64,000 bases of DNA from an uncultured Chitinophagaceae bacterium (GTDB taxonomy: Bacteria > Bacteroidota > Ignavibacteria > UBA10030 > UBA8401), in NCBI GenBank assembly GCA_964642725.1, contig CAZXQG010000005.1, forward strand, positions 16,597 through 80,596, read 5' to 3'. Below are positions 53,060-63,817 of this stretch, piece by piece. Below the pieces are notes generated by a model. The model was given only the letters and a program-made list of their open reading frames with translations. It was not told the DNA's origin and ran no database searches. Within the stretch, counting starts at the first letter, position 1; each line of letters begins with the position of its first letter. A program made the translations under genes and the position numbers.

Positions 53060-54497
53060 TCAAAGTTCGCCAATGTTGAGTTCTTGAAGAGCTTTTCGCA
53101 TGATGGTGAATCCCTCTTCCAGCTCGCCGCGTTGAATTGTCAACGGCGGCCTGAAGCGAATGGAACGGTCACCGCATCCAATGATGATCAAGCCTTCTTC
53201 GTACGCTTTCTGGCGCAGCTGATCCCGGTTTTGCGCCGAGTCCATGTCGATAGCGCACATCATTCCACGCCCGCGCACATTGGAAACTAACGACGGAAAC
53301 TCGGCTCCCATCGCATTCAACTCTTGCAGCATGAATTCTCCTTGCACGTGTGCGTTTTCTACCAAGCGTTCTTCCTCAATGATCTCCATTATTCTCGTGA
53401 AACGCACCATGTCAACTAAATTGCCGCCGAATGTCGAGTTGAGTCGGCTCGGCTTGTGAAACACATTGTCAAGAACATCATCAATACGCGTGCTGCTCAT
53501 AAAGCCGCATACATGAGTCTTCTTGCCAAACGCCATCAAATCCGGTTTCACAAAATATTCATGAGCCCACATTTTTCCCGTAAGCCCGATTCCTGTCTGG
53601 ACTTCATCAAAGATAAGAAGGATTTCATTCTCATCACAGATCTGACGAAGCTTCACCAGAAATTCCTTCCGGAAATGATTATCGCCTCCCTCGGCTTGGA
53701 TTGGTTCGATAATGATTGCCGCAATGTCGTCCGGATTGTTAATGATCGCTTCTTTGATTTGACGGACGGCAGCCTCTTCATCATCCATTACTTCTTTTAA
53801 ATGAACGCCATTGAGCGGGAACGTAATGGCGGGATTTAAGATTCGGGGCCATTTGAATTTGGGGAAATAATTCGTTTTCGTCGGATCTGTGTTGGTAAGC
53901 GATAATGTGTAGCCGCTGCGTCCGTGAAACGCTCGGCGAAAATGAATGATCTGCCTTCCCCTCTCTTCTGTATAGCCTTTGATAAAATTCTTACGAACCT
54001 TCCAATCGAACGCTGTCTTCAATGCGTTCTCAACTGCCAGCGCGCCGCCGTCGACAAAAAAAGCGTAGGGCAAATACTCCGGTTGTACGATGCGCGAAAA
54101 GGTCTCGACAAACTCGGCCATTTCCACGCTGTAAACATCGGAATTAGAAGGCTTGTTGACCGCTACTGCTGCGAGCTTCTCAAGAAACTCCCGTTCCGTC
54201 ATCTTCGGATGATTCATTCCAACCGCGGAGGAACCGAAGAAGGAGAAAAAATCGAGATATCGTTTGTTGAAGCGCGAATCGTACAAATAACAACCTTGAC
54301 TCTTCTTCAGATCGACAACCAGGTCGAATCCGTCAACAAGCATATGATGCGAAAGCGTGAGATGGACGTCTGTCGACGGGACGGTAATTGGAGTTTTCGT
54401 GGTAGGCTTGCTCAGTGGTTTCTTTTGACGGCTGTCGCCGCCGTTATTTTTTGTTCCACCATCGTCGCTCGCCTTTTTGACGGCTGATTCTGACATG
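53060..54497 (-). CDS. Class III PLP aminotransferase, likely L-lysine 6-aminotransferase, with a low-complexity N-terminal extension
   Basis: Class III aminotransferase fold (IIEPIQAEGG, DEVQTGIGLTG). Its adjacency to an ALDH mirrors the lat-pcd lysine catabolic pair. ATG at 54497 has a GAGGTG SD; an in-frame GTG lies at 54553. Confidence 0.65.
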
Positions 54498-54790
54498 TTA
54501 CACCTCAAGTTTTTTTTCGGTTCGATGAAAGAGTGGTGCCGTACCTCAGCCACCGTACCTCAGAAAAACTCCTGATGCTCGAATAACGAAACGAAATACA
54601 GGTGAAACATGCTTGTCATTCAAATACTGTTACAATTGAAAACTTTTCTTGCCTACCGTCAAGTCGCCGAATGCCAAAGGTATTGTGTTGGTCTTTATCG
54701 CCATCACTTATTGGCGCACTTGGCCTCTCGTGCCGAAGGCATCACTTCGTGAGCGGTGAAAGATACAATATCAATTATTTGGAGTTGACT

Positions 54791-56278
54791 CTAGTAATTG
54801 TCTATTTGTGCCCGTTGCAACGTGCCGCTGTAATCAACATAGACAGCTTTCCATTCCGTGAAGAAATCGTAGACAGTCCAGCCACCTTCACGATGGCCGT
54901 TGCCGGTTTGTTTCACACCTCCGAATGGCAGATGCGCCTCTGCTCCAATTGTAGGAACATTGACGTATGTGATACCGGCTTTGATATCCCGTACCGCGAT
55001 GAAGGCTTTATTGACGTCGCGAGTGTAGATCGACGACGAAAGGCCGTATACAGTGTTGTTGAGAATCGAGATGCTCTCATCCAATGACTTCGAACGAATC
55101 ACTGACAACACCGGTCCAAAAATCTCTTCTTTCGCTATCCGCATTTCCGGAGTGACATCGGTAAAAATCGTCGGCTCGTGAAACCACCCTTTGCTCAGTC
55201 CGTCTCCTTTTGCTATCGAACCGCCGGCTGTGAGCCTTGCTCCTTCTGCCTGTCCTACCTCAACATACTCATGCACATTCTCACGTTGTTTTTCGTTCAC
55301 ACACGGACCAACGTCGGTTGTGGGCAACAACCCGTCGCCAAGCCGCAATTTCTTCGTTCGCTCAAGGAGCATGGACATGAATTTATCGTAAATCTTTTCA
55401 TGCAGGATGAGCCGGCTTGTGGCAGTGCACCGCTGACCAGTAGTTCCGAACGCGCCCCACAATACGCCATCCAATGCAAGGTCGAGGTCGGCATCGTCCA
55501 TCACGATTTGCGCATTTTTTCCCCCGAGCTCAAGCGAGACACGCTTGAGCGTTTCAGTCGCGTCCTTTTGAATTTGTTTTCCCACGACAGTCGAGCCGGT
55601 GAAAGAAATCAAATCAATATCGGGGTGGGATGTAATTGCGCTGCCGACTTCACTTCCTGCCCCGTGAACAATGTTGACCACGCCTTCCGGGATACCGGCA
55701 TCCATCATAATCTCAACCAATGTGGCAGCGGTTTTCGGCGTGTCTGTCGCCGGTTTAAAAACGACGGTATTGCCGGAAAGAACGGCGGGAAAAATCTTCC
55801 ATGTTGGAATCGCCATCGGAAAATTCCAGGGAGTGATAATGCCTGCAACTCCGATCGGAACACGGATTGCCATTGCAAATTTGTTTGGAAGCTCCGACGG
55901 AACGGTGTGGCCGAACAACCGCCGTCCTTCCGACGAAGCATAGTACGCAGTATCAATCCCCTCCTGCACATCGCCGCGAGTTTCCGCGATGACTTTTCCC
56001 ATTTCCCGCGTCATTTCCCGCGCCAGTTCCTCTTTGCGGGCAACCATGATGTCCCCGATCTTCCGCAGAATGTCGCCGCGCTTCGGAGCGGGAACAAGCC
56101 GCCATTTCTCAAAAGCCGCGCGCGCAGCCTTCACCGCTTCGTCAACATCCTCTTTGCCCGACTTCGGAAAAACGCCGATCAATTCATCCCAATTCGCGGG
56201 GTTACGATTCTCGAAAGTCCTCCCCGATTTCGCGTCAACCCGCTTTCCGTTGATAAGGTTTTGAAATTTCTGTGACAT
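54791..56278 (-). CDS. NAD(P)-dependent aldehyde dehydrogenase (candidate piperideine-6-carboxylate / alpha-aminoadipic semialdehyde dehydrogenase)
   Basis: ALDH motifs ([15 protein letters not shown], catalytic CTA). Its position upstream of the lat-like gene is the basis for the specific guess. Confidence 0.8.
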   Translation of the reverse strand: MSQKFQNLINGKRVDAKSGRTFENRNPANWDELIGVFPKSGKEDVDEAVKAARAAFEKWRLVPAPKRGDILRKIGDIMVARKEELAREMTREMGKVIAETRGDVQEGIDTAYYASSEGRRLFGHTVPSELPNKFAMAIRVPIGVAGIITPWNFPMAIPTWKIFPAVLSGNTVVFKPATDTPKTAATLVEIMMDAGIPEGVVNIVHGAGSEVGSAITSHPDIDLISFTGSTVVGKQIQKDATETLKRVSLELGGKNAQIVMDDADLDLALDGVLWGAFGTTGQRCTATSRLILHEKIYDKFMSMLLERTKKLRLGDGLLPTTDVGPCVNEKQRENVHEYVEVGQAEGARLTAGGSIAKGDGLSKGWFHEPTIFTDVTPEMRIAKEEIFGPVLSVIRSKSLDESISILNNTVYGLSSSIYTRDVNKAFIAVRDIKAGITYVNVPTIGAEAHLPFGGVKQTGNGHREGGWTVYDFFTEWKAVYVDYSGTLQRAQIDNY

Positions 56279-56327
56279 GAATACTCCAATGTGCGGCGTC
56301 AGCGTGAGATTCTATTTTCGCGTATAC

Positions 56328-57626
56328 TTATTTCCCTAAACCGACTCTCTCAAATATATAATCGACATGGCGCAGGCTTTTCGAGGGATCGAACGCCTCG
56401 TCCAGATCCTCACCGGAGAGCAGTGCTGTTACTTCCGCATCTCCTTCCAGCACTTCCTTAAAATTCTTTTTTGACTGCCAGACATCCATGGCATTTTTTT
56501 GGACAATGCGGTAAGCATCTTCCCGCTTCATTCCTTTTGTCGTCAAGGCGAGCAAAACGGGCTGCGAAAAAACCAGGCCGTGAGTGAGCTCGATATTCAC
56601 TCTCATATTTTGAGGATACACGAGGAGCTTATCAATAACATTCGTCGTCAGAGCAATCATGTAATCGAGGAGGATGCAGCTGTCGGGGACGACAATTCGT
56701 TCGACGGATGAATGTGTGATATCCCGCTCGTGCCAGAGGGCGACATTCTCAAGCGCTGCCTGTGCATTCCCCCGAAGAACACGCGACAGGCCAGCGATTC
56801 GCTCGCAGGTAATCGGGTTGCGTTTGTGCGGCATCGCTGAGGAGCCTTTTTGTCCTTTCGAAAAATACTCTTCGGCTTCCAACACTTCCGTTTTTTGGAG
56901 ATGACGGATTTCAGTCGCGAATTTTTCCAGTGAGCTGCCGACCACCGCAAGAGTCGCCATAAATTCGGCATGACGGTCGCGCTGAAGAATTTGTGTCGAT
57001 ACCGGCGCCGGTTTAAGACCCAGTTTTGCACAAACGTATTCTTCAACGCTGGGGCTCAAATGCTCGAACGTTCCGACTGCCCCTGAAATCTGCCCAACGG
57101 AAATCGTCTCAATGGCGTGCAGAAGGCGCTGAATGTTCCGCCGCGTCTCATCGAACCAGAGCGCCAACTTCAGTCCAAATGTGGTCGGTTCGGCATGGAT
57201 GCCGTGCGACCGTCCGATCATTACCGTTGTCTTAAATTCTTTGGCGCGGCGGGCAAGAACATCACGTAATTCTTCCAATCCTTTCAGCAGAAGCTCGCCC
57301 GATTGCTTCATCTGCACCGCCAACGCAGTGTCGAGTACGTCAGACGATGTCATTCCAAGATGGATGTAGCGCGATTCCGGACCGACGTATTCGCCGACGT
57401 TCGTCAAGAAAGCGATGACGTCATGTTTCACTTCCTGTTCAATCTCGTCGATCCGCGCTATATCGAACTTTGCTTTCTCACGAATAACCGCTACCGCATC
57501 TTTCGGGATGACGCCCAACTCAGCCTGCGCTTCGCATGCAAGGATTTCTATTCGCAGCCAAATGGAGAATTTGTTTTGATCATTCCATATTTTGCCCATC
57601 ACCGGGCGGGTATATCGTGCAATCAT
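56328..57626 (-). CDS. purB: Adenylosuccinate lyase
   Basis: Fumarate-lyase family with the SSAMPHKRNP signature. 432 aa. Confidence 0.95.
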   Translation of the reverse strand: MIARYTRPVMGKIWNDQNKFSIWLRIEILACEAQAELGVIPKDAVAVIREKAKFDIARIDEIEQEVKHDVIAFLTNVGEYVGPESRYIHLGMTSSDVLDTALAVQMKQSGELLLKGLEELRDVLARRAKEFKTTVMIGRSHGIHAEPTTFGLKLALWFDETRRNIQRLLHAIETISVGQISGAVGTFEHLSPSVEEYVCAKLGLKPAPVSTQILQRDRHAEFMATLAVVGSSLEKFATEIRHLQKTEVLEAEEYFSKGQKGSSAMPHKRNPITCERIAGLSRVLRGNAQAALENVALWHERDITHSSVERIVVPDSCILLDYMIALTTNVIDKLLVYPQNMRVNIELTHGLVFSQPVLLALTTKGMKREDAYRIVQKNAMDVWQSKKNFKEVLEGDAEVTALLSGEDLDEAFDPSKSLRHVDYIFERVGLGK

Positions 57627-57640
57627 TTGCTATCAGAGCC

Positions 57641-58831
57641 TTATGTTCGTTTCTCGAGTGTCAGATTAACTTTGAATGTCCTTTTATCACGGTAGACTGT
57701 TAAATTGAGGATATCGCCTGCTTTTGCATCGTTAATGATTGCGATAATCGTTTCTTCGGTTTGAATTTTTTCGCCGTTGATTTCCAGGATAATGTCGCCG
57801 ACCTTTAAGTCCGCCTTCTCTGCGGGACTGCTTTTCTTGATGTCGCTGATGATAACCCCCTCGGCATTTTTTAGACCAAAATACTTCGCGATGCGCTGGT
57901 CGACAATATTCACTTCCATTCCCGTCCAGAAGTTGCGTTCGACTTTCCCTTTTTTCTGAAGTTCATCCACGATCGACTTCACCCGGTTGATCGGAATGGC
58001 AAAGCCGTAGCCGATATACGCCTGGCTCACACCGGCAGTGTAAATGAGCGTGTTGATCCCGATAACCTCTCCCGCGCTATTGACAAGCGGCCCGCCGCTA
58101 TTCCCAGCATTGATCACCGCATCGGTCTGTATCAGGCCGCGGTATGAGCGATTCTCGTCGACATTCAGGTTCATTCCCTTGGCGCTGACAACGCCAACGG
58201 TAACAATCGGCTTGTCGATATTCTCAAATAGTCCGAACGGGTTGCCGAACGTGATCACCCATTCGCCGATGATAACATCGTCGGAATTCCCGAGCTTGAC
58301 ATACGGAAAGTCTTTCCCTTTGATCTTAAGCAACGCAACGTCCGAAACCATGTCCGTGCCGACAAGGTCAGCCGGAAATTTTTCTCCGTTCGTCATCGTT
58401 ACGATAATTTCTTTTGCATTCCCGGCCACGTGGTCGTTCGTAAGGATGTATCCTTCAGGTGAGATGATGAATCCGGACCCTAAACCTTTTACTTCCTGCT
58501 TTAGACTCCTATTGCCAAAAAACTGACGGAAGAACGGGTCATCCCCGAAAAAATTTGAAAACGGATCCCGATATTCCCTCACCTCGGTTACGGTAATGCC
58601 GACGATCGCCGGGCTCACGCTCTCCACCGTCGCCGTAATAGCATTCTTCCTCGATTTCGAAATATCGTCGTCCGAATTTTTCTGCTGTTCCTGGGAAGTA
58701 AACAACGAGCTTTGCAGCTGTGAGCCCGTCGTACCGGCATTCGACGCATTGCTTCTCGGTGCGAGAGAATATCCGAGTACGCCGCCGGCACCAATGCAGA
58801 CGATAAATAACAAAAGCGCCTTTCGTGACAT
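57641..58831 (-). CDS. htrA: HtrA/DegP-family serine protease with one PDZ domain
   Basis: Signal/TM N-terminus. Catalytic triad motifs (TNDHV, DVALLKI, GNSGGPL) and a C-terminal PDZ domain. Confidence 0.85.
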   Translation of the reverse strand: MSRKALLLFIVCIGAGGVLGYSLAPRSNASNAGTTGSQLQSSLFTSQEQQKNSDDDISKSRKNAITATVESVSPAIVGITVTEVREYRDPFSNFFGDDPFFRQFFGNRSLKQEVKGLGSGFIISPEGYILTNDHVAGNAKEIIVTMTNGEKFPADLVGTDMVSDVALLKIKGKDFPYVKLGNSDDVIIGEWVITFGNPFGLFENIDKPIVTVGVVSAKGMNLNVDENRSYRGLIQTDAVINAGNSGGPLVNSAGEVIGINTLIYTAGVSQAYIGYGFAIPINRVKSIVDELQKKGKVERNFWTGMEVNIVDQRIAKYFGLKNAEGVIISDIKKSSPAEKADLKVGDIILEINGEKIQTEETIIAIINDAKAGDILNLTVYRDKRTFKVNLTLEKRT

Positions 58832-58832
58832 T

Positions 58833-59456
58833 TTATTTCCCGTTTCTTGTTCGTGATAAAATCAAATCCCGGAGGGGTCCGATATGCCGGATGAACAGAA
58901 CTGCAGACATCACGGAATAGGCCAAAAGAATCTCAGCGTCTGAAAAAGCTGCAATCGTGAACTTCACAATGAATTCGTTCGGCAAAATGAAACCCATCAT
59001 TGGCGACCCAATGATCGCAACAACGTTTCCGACATGGACATTCTTCGAAAAAGAATATCCTACAACCCAACAAAGAAGCCACATTGCGACGAAAATCCAG
59101 CTTACCATCAGCATTGCCCCAGCGGCGGGGGCCAACCCTCGCCCCCCCTTAAACTTCAGCCACACGGGATAACAATGCCCCACGACAATACCAAGGAGAG
59201 CCGTAAAAAGAGGCGCCGTCGTTGAACCAAAAAATAGAGATGTAAGGAAGATTGCGAATGCGCCTTTTAACACATCGATAACAAGCACAAAAAGACCGAC
59301 AAACCGTTCACCAGTCACTTCGTATGCATTGAGCGTCCCAACGTTGCCGCTGCCTGCGGTCCGAATATCGAAATGTGCTCTTCGTTTGACAACAATGTAG
59401 GCAGTAGGCAGGGAACCGATGAGATAACTAAGGACAAAAGCTTCCAGGATTAGCAA
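58833..59456 (-). CDS. plsY: Glycerol-3-phosphate acyltransferase PlsY
   Basis: PlsY family (GSGN.G.TN, KGG.G, 5 TM). Confidence 0.9.
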   Translation of the reverse strand: MLILEAFVLSYLIGSLPTAYIVVKRRAHFDIRTAGSGNVGTLNAYEVTGERFVGLFVLVIDVLKGAFAIFLTSLFFGSTTAPLFTALLGIVVGHCYPVWLKFKGGRGLAPAAGAMLMVSWIFVAMWLLCWVVGYSFSKNVHVGNVVAIIGSPMMGFILPNEFIVKFTIAAFSDAEILLAYSVMSAVLFIRHIGPLRDLILSRTRNGK

Positions 59457-59637
59457 AAAATTGCTGCCGCACTATTGAGTGTTTAATGTTTGCGAAAGCA
59501 AAGTAGCAAAAAATCGTCCGATAGTCAAGGTAAGCAGCGGGACATTTCCGTATAACTTGAAGTCAACACAGCAGTTGTACCGGCCTTCCTTGATTCTTCA
59601 AGCTGAAACGAGTATATTCGATAAGAAAAAAAATCAA

Positions 59638-60387
59638 ATGGACCAGACCTACCTTAAGAAACTTTTAGCCGACCTGAAACGCGGACGGATTTCGGAACAG
59701 AAGGCACTTTCTTCGATCCAAAATTTTTCTTATGAATCGCTCGGCTTTGCGACGATCGACCATCATCGTCAATTCCGTCAAGGTTTTCCCGAAGTTATTT
59801 TATGCGAGGGAAAAACTCCGCAGCAGATTTCGATCATCGCAAAAAAAATCGCAGAACGCGGCAGCGTTCTGCTGGCAACCCGGGCGAGCCGAAAGGACTT
59901 TGCCGCCGTGCGAAAAACTGTGAAGAACGCTCATTACATGTCCGATGCGCGAACGATTACGGCGAACGAGCCATTGCCGGCCGATTCGAAAAAGAAACTT
60001 ATTCTTGTGGTCACAGCAGGAACTTCGGATATCCCCGTTGCAGAAGAAGCTGTTGTCACGGCAAAGATGATGAAGCAAAATGTAGAAACAATGTACGACG
60101 TGGGAGTCGCCGGTATTCACCGCCTGTTGAACCAAAGCGACAAACTCCATAAAGCAAGCGTCATCATTGTTGTGGCAGGAATGGACGGCGCCCTCGCAAG
60201 CGTCGTCGGCGGCCTCGTGCGCGTCCCAGTTATCGCTGTTCCTACCTCGACAGGGTACGGCGCATCATTCGGCGGCATTGCACCGCTGCTGACTATGTTG
60301 AATTCATGCGCTGCAGGGGTCACCGTAGTGAACATCGATAATGGATTCGGCGCCGCCTTTGCGGCTTGTCTCATAACAAAGTTGTAG
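59638..60387 (+). CDS. larB: LarB-like nickel-pincer cofactor biosynthesis carboxylase/hydrolase (PurE-like)
   Basis: True start at MDQTYLKK (ATG at 59638). PurE-like C-domain (LVVTAGTSD...VVAGMDGAL...VPTS.GYG). The N-domain is typical of LarB rather than PurE. Confidence 0.7.
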   Translation: MDQTYLKKLLADLKRGRISEQKALSSIQNFSYESLGFATIDHHRQFRQGFPEVILCEGKTPQQISIIAKKIAERGSVLLATRASRKDFAAVRKTVKNAHYMSDARTITANEPLPADSKKKLILVVTAGTSDIPVAEEAVVTAKMMKQNVETMYDVGVAGIHRLLNQSDKLHKASVIIVVAGMDGALASVVGGLVRVPVIAVPTSTGYGASFGGIAPLLTMLNSCAAGVTVVNIDNGFGAAFAACLITKL

Positions 60388-60434
60388 GCAAACAATTTTA
60401 TCGGTATTCGGTGTAAGGAAGAAGGAAAACGTTC

Positions 60435-61823
60435 ATGCTCAGCGACTTGAAAAAAATACAATTCAGACAAAACATTTTGGAAACAATCGGGAACACCCCG
60501 CTGGTAAAGCTCAATAGGATTGCGAAAGGGTATAAGCCGCATATCTTTGCTAAGGTGGAAATCTTCAACCCTGGTGGCTCTGTGAAAGACAGGATTGGGG
60601 TGGAAATTATTGAGGATGCGGAGCGGAGCGGACGGCTGAAGCCAGGCGGAACAATCGTCGAATCAACTTCCGGAAACACTGGAATGGGGCTTGCGATTGT
60701 GGCGGCAATCAAAGGCTACAAAACTGTCTTCACAATGCCTGATAAAATGAGCGGCGAGAAAATTCAGCTGCTCCGCGCGTTTGGAGCGGAGGTTATCGTT
60801 ACGCCGACAGCAGTCCCGCACGATTCTCCCGAAAGCTATGCGGAAGTTGCAAAGCGTATCGTCCGCGAAACGCCAAACTCAATTCTCGCCGACCAGCACT
60901 TCAACCCGAAAAACGATGAGTCGCATTACCACACAACGGGTCCGGAAATTTGGGAACAAACCGGCGGCCAAATCGACTACTTTGTGTGCGGCATCGGTAC
61001 GGGGGGAACGATCAGCGGTGCCGGAAAGTTTTTGAAAGAGAAAAATCCCAAGATTAACGTGGTCGGCATTGACCCGAAAGGATCAATCCTTCGCGAGTTT
61101 TTCTACACAAAAGCATTCTCCCCCGTTTTCCGAACATACAAAGTGGAAGGCATCGGACAGGATTATATACCGGGTACGCTCCATTTCGAATACATCGACG
61201 AAGTGATCGAAGTGACCGATAAAGAATCGTTTCTCACGGCGCGAAAGCTTACACGGGATGAAGGTATTTTTGCAGGCGGTTCAAGCGGCGCTGCGGTTGC
61301 AGGAGCATTCAAGCTCGCCGAGCGCCTCTCGGAAAAAGACGTTGTCGTCGTTCTGCTGCCGGACGGCGGTTCCAAGTACCTCAGCAAAATCTACAACGAT
61401 GATTGGATGAAAGAAAACGGTTTCCTCGCCCCCGAACGCATCACACTCCGGTATGTGCTCGAATCAAAATCATCGAAACTTCCGCAGTTGATAACCGTTG
61501 ATGCTTCCTCGACAATTCGCACCGCGCTCGATTTGATAACCGGTAAGAACATTTCCCAGTTGCCGGTCTTCGAAAATAAAAAATGTATCGGGAGCGTTTC
61601 CGAAGGAAATCTCCTTACCATCTTACTGAAAGATTCGTCCAAGTTTGATGCGAAAGTGCAATCAGTGATGGAACCTCCTTTCCCCGAAGTCCACATGAAC
61701 GAAGAAATCAGCCGGGCGGTGGAATACTTTGCAAAAAAAGAGCCCGCAGTCTTAGTGAAGGACGATACCGGCCTCATCGGAATCATTACCCGGTTCGACG
61801 TTTTAGGGTACCTTTCCCGGTAA
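60435..61823 (+). CDS. Cystathionine beta-synthase (PLP domain + tandem CBS domains)
   Basis: Cysteine-synthase-fold with PLP-Lys (GGSVKDR) and GTGGT, plus two C-terminal CBS domains. Confidence 0.85.
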   Translation: MLSDLKKIQFRQNILETIGNTPLVKLNRIAKGYKPHIFAKVEIFNPGGSVKDRIGVEIIEDAERSGRLKPGGTIVESTSGNTGMGLAIVAAIKGYKTVFTMPDKMSGEKIQLLRAFGAEVIVTPTAVPHDSPESYAEVAKRIVRETPNSILADQHFNPKNDESHYHTTGPEIWEQTGGQIDYFVCGIGTGGTISGAGKFLKEKNPKINVVGIDPKGSILREFFYTKAFSPVFRTYKVEGIGQDYIPGTLHFEYIDEVIEVTDKESFLTARKLTRDEGIFAGGSSGAAVAGAFKLAERLSEKDVVVVLLPDGGSKYLSKIYNDDWMKENGFLAPERITLRYVLESKSSKLPQLITVDASSTIRTALDLITGKNISQLPVFENKKCIGSVSEGNLLTILLKDSSKFDAKVQSVMEPPFPEVHMNEEISRAVEYFAKKEPAVLVKDDTGLIGIITRFDVLGYLSR

Positions 61824-61830
61824 CTCGCTT

Positions 61831-62103
61831 ATGCAATGGGAGAAATCAGCAGTTGATAAACTTGATGAATTGGTACAGGTTGTCCGCGACCCGTTTCGCG
61901 AGATCATCAAGAACTCTGCACAGGCGCATGCCGAACGGTACGCGGCGCAGCGGGAGAAACCTCACGTCACGATAAAAGACGCCGTGCTCGGATTTCTTCG
62001 CGCACGTTCTCACAAATTGAACTCGGAGGGCTTGATGCTGCTCAAAGAACACGCGATCGAAGAAAAGGAATTTACCGACTACGAAAACAAGGGAATGATA
62101 TGA
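61831..62103 (+). CDS. Small PCP_red-like domain protein (hypothetical)
   Basis: A 90-aa ORF in an ATGA overlap with the downstream lyase gene. The W..SA...L...V..V.DPFRE.I......AE..A...G..HVT..D segment resembles the PF08369 domain pattern. Confidence 0.45.
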   Translation: MQWEKSAVDKLDELVQVVRDPFREIIKNSAQAHAERYAAQREKPHVTIKDAVLGFLRARSHKLNSEGLMLLKEHAIEEKEFTDYENKGMI

Positions 62104-63239
62104 AGTTCTCATCAAAGACCGTTCACGCCGGACAACGACCCGACCCGACGACCGGCGCCGTGATGACGCCGGTCTTTCTCACATCGACGTACGTCCAGGA
62201 AGAATTAGGAAAAAATAAGGGGTACGAATATTCCCGCGTTTCAAATCCAACACGGACAGCGCTCGAAATGAACATTGCTTCTCTTGAAAATGCGGGAGAA
62301 GGAATGGCGTTCGCATCCGGGATGGCGGCGATCGATGCTCTCTTCCGACTTCTGTCGCCCGGCGATCATATCATCGTGACAAACAACGTTTACGGCGGAA
62401 CCTACCGCATCGCTAAAATGGTGCTTGAACAATTCGGACTACAGTTCGATTTTATCAACACGACCGACATGAACAGTGTTGTTCGCGCGCGCAAACCGAA
62501 CACAAAAATGATCTTCATCGAAACACCGACAAATCCAACGATGGAAATTGCCGACCTCGGGGCGATCGCAAAATTCGCGCGCACGCATCATCTCATTTCT
62601 ATCGTCGACAATACGTTCGCCACGCCGTATTTGCAGCGGCCCATTGAATTCGGTATCGAGGTCGTCGTTCACAGCGTTACAAAATATTTGAACGGGCACA
62701 GTGACATGCTCGGCGGGATGATTGTTACGAACAACATCGGCATCGCCGAGAAGCTTCGCTTCTGTCAAAAAGCCGTCGGGGGAATTATGAGCCCCTTTGA
62801 TGCATGGCTTTGTTTGCGCGGAACAAAAACGCTGGCGGTACGAATGAAGCAGCACTGTGAAAACGCGACGATTATTGCCGAATGGCTGGCGGCGCAGAAA
62901 AAAATCCTGAAGGTAAACTACCCCGGTTTACGAAGCCATCCTCAGTATGCGCTCGCCAGAAGGCAGATGAGCGGGTTTGGCGGAATGATTTCGTTTGACG
63001 TCGGAAGCCTGAACAATGCCAAACGATTTTTGAAACGAGTCCGCCTTTGCGCGCTCGCCGAAAGCCTGGGAGGCGTCGAGACACTCATTTCCCATCCTGC
63101 GACAATGACGCACGCTTCAGTTCCGAAACCAGATCGAATCAAAAACGGCGTCACTGACGGGTTGGTTCGAATTTCGGTTGGAATCGAAGATGTAGAAGAT
63201 TTGATCGACGATTTAAAGAATGCGCTGAAGGGAATCTAA
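62100..63239 (+). CDS. Cystathionine gamma-lyase / gamma-synthase family PLP enzyme
   Basis: Cys/Met-metabolism PLP fold with the PLP-Lys in SVTKYLNGHSD. Adjacency to CBS suggests reverse transsulfuration. Confidence 0.85.
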   Translation: MKFSSKTVHAGQRPDPTTGAVMTPVFLTSTYVQEELGKNKGYEYSRVSNPTRTALEMNIASLENAGEGMAFASGMAAIDALFRLLSPGDHIIVTNNVYGGTYRIAKMVLEQFGLQFDFINTTDMNSVVRARKPNTKMIFIETPTNPTMEIADLGAIAKFARTHHLISIVDNTFATPYLQRPIEFGIEVVVHSVTKYLNGHSDMLGGMIVTNNIGIAEKLRFCQKAVGGIMSPFDAWLCLRGTKTLAVRMKQHCENATIIAEWLAAQKKILKVNYPGLRSHPQYALARRQMSGFGGMISFDVGSLNNAKRFLKRVRLCALAESLGGVETLISHPATMTHASVPKPDRIKNGVTDGLVRISVGIEDVEDLIDDLKNALKGI

Positions 63240-63280
63240 AGAATAGTTATGCCATGAACCTAGAGCCATGGCATGACTTG

Positions 63281-63817
63281 CTATCTAAGAAATTGTTTCC
63301 TCACCAATAACCACGCTGCAAGCGTCATCCCATCCCAAATCTCCCCGCGTGCCATCATCGCCTCAAGTTCATCGGGAGCAACACATACAATTTCAAATTC
63401 TTCAGTCGCTTCAGGCTTTGCCTTTACATACGAAAGATTTCGCGCTATGAATACTCTGCACATTTCGTCTGTGACTCCGTTGAAAGGATTGAACTCTCCC
63501 CCCATGATCCATGATTGCGCAATATATCCTGTTTCTTCTTCCAACTCCAACCTGGCCATCTCATCGTACGTATGTCCTGGCTTCACTCCGCCGCACGGGA
63601 ATTCAATGCTCTCTCTGTCTCTCAAATAGCGATATTGATTGACAAGAACGATTCTGCCGTCATCCATCACCGGAACGATCATGCTCGAGCCTTCCGTATG
63701 CACGTAGTGATATTCCCCCTTGACCCCGTTTGGAATCTGGAATGAATCAAGATAATAATTCCACCAGGGATTCTTATAGATAATTTTTGACGTGAGTTTC
63801 TTCCAGCGGGAAAGCAT
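63281..63817 (-). CDS. NUDIX hydrolase (ADP-ribose pyrophosphatase-like)
   Basis: Nudix box GGVKPGHTYDEMARLELEEETG. Confidence 0.85.
   Translation of the reverse strand: MLSRWKKLTSKIIYKNPWWNYYLDSFQIPNGVKGEYHYVHTEGSSMIVPVMDDGRIVLVNQYRYLRDRESIEFPCGGVKPGHTYDEMARLELEEETGYIAQSWIMGGEFNPFNGVTDEMCRVFIARNLSYVKAKPEATEEFEIVCVAPDELEAMMARGEIWDGMTLAAWLLVRKQFLR

Noticed and set aside
59479-59637. 5' extension of the larB ORF
   Set aside because: The N-terminal 53 aa overlap the plsY divergent promoter region and are not LarB-like. The conserved LarB N-domain starts at MDQTYLKK.
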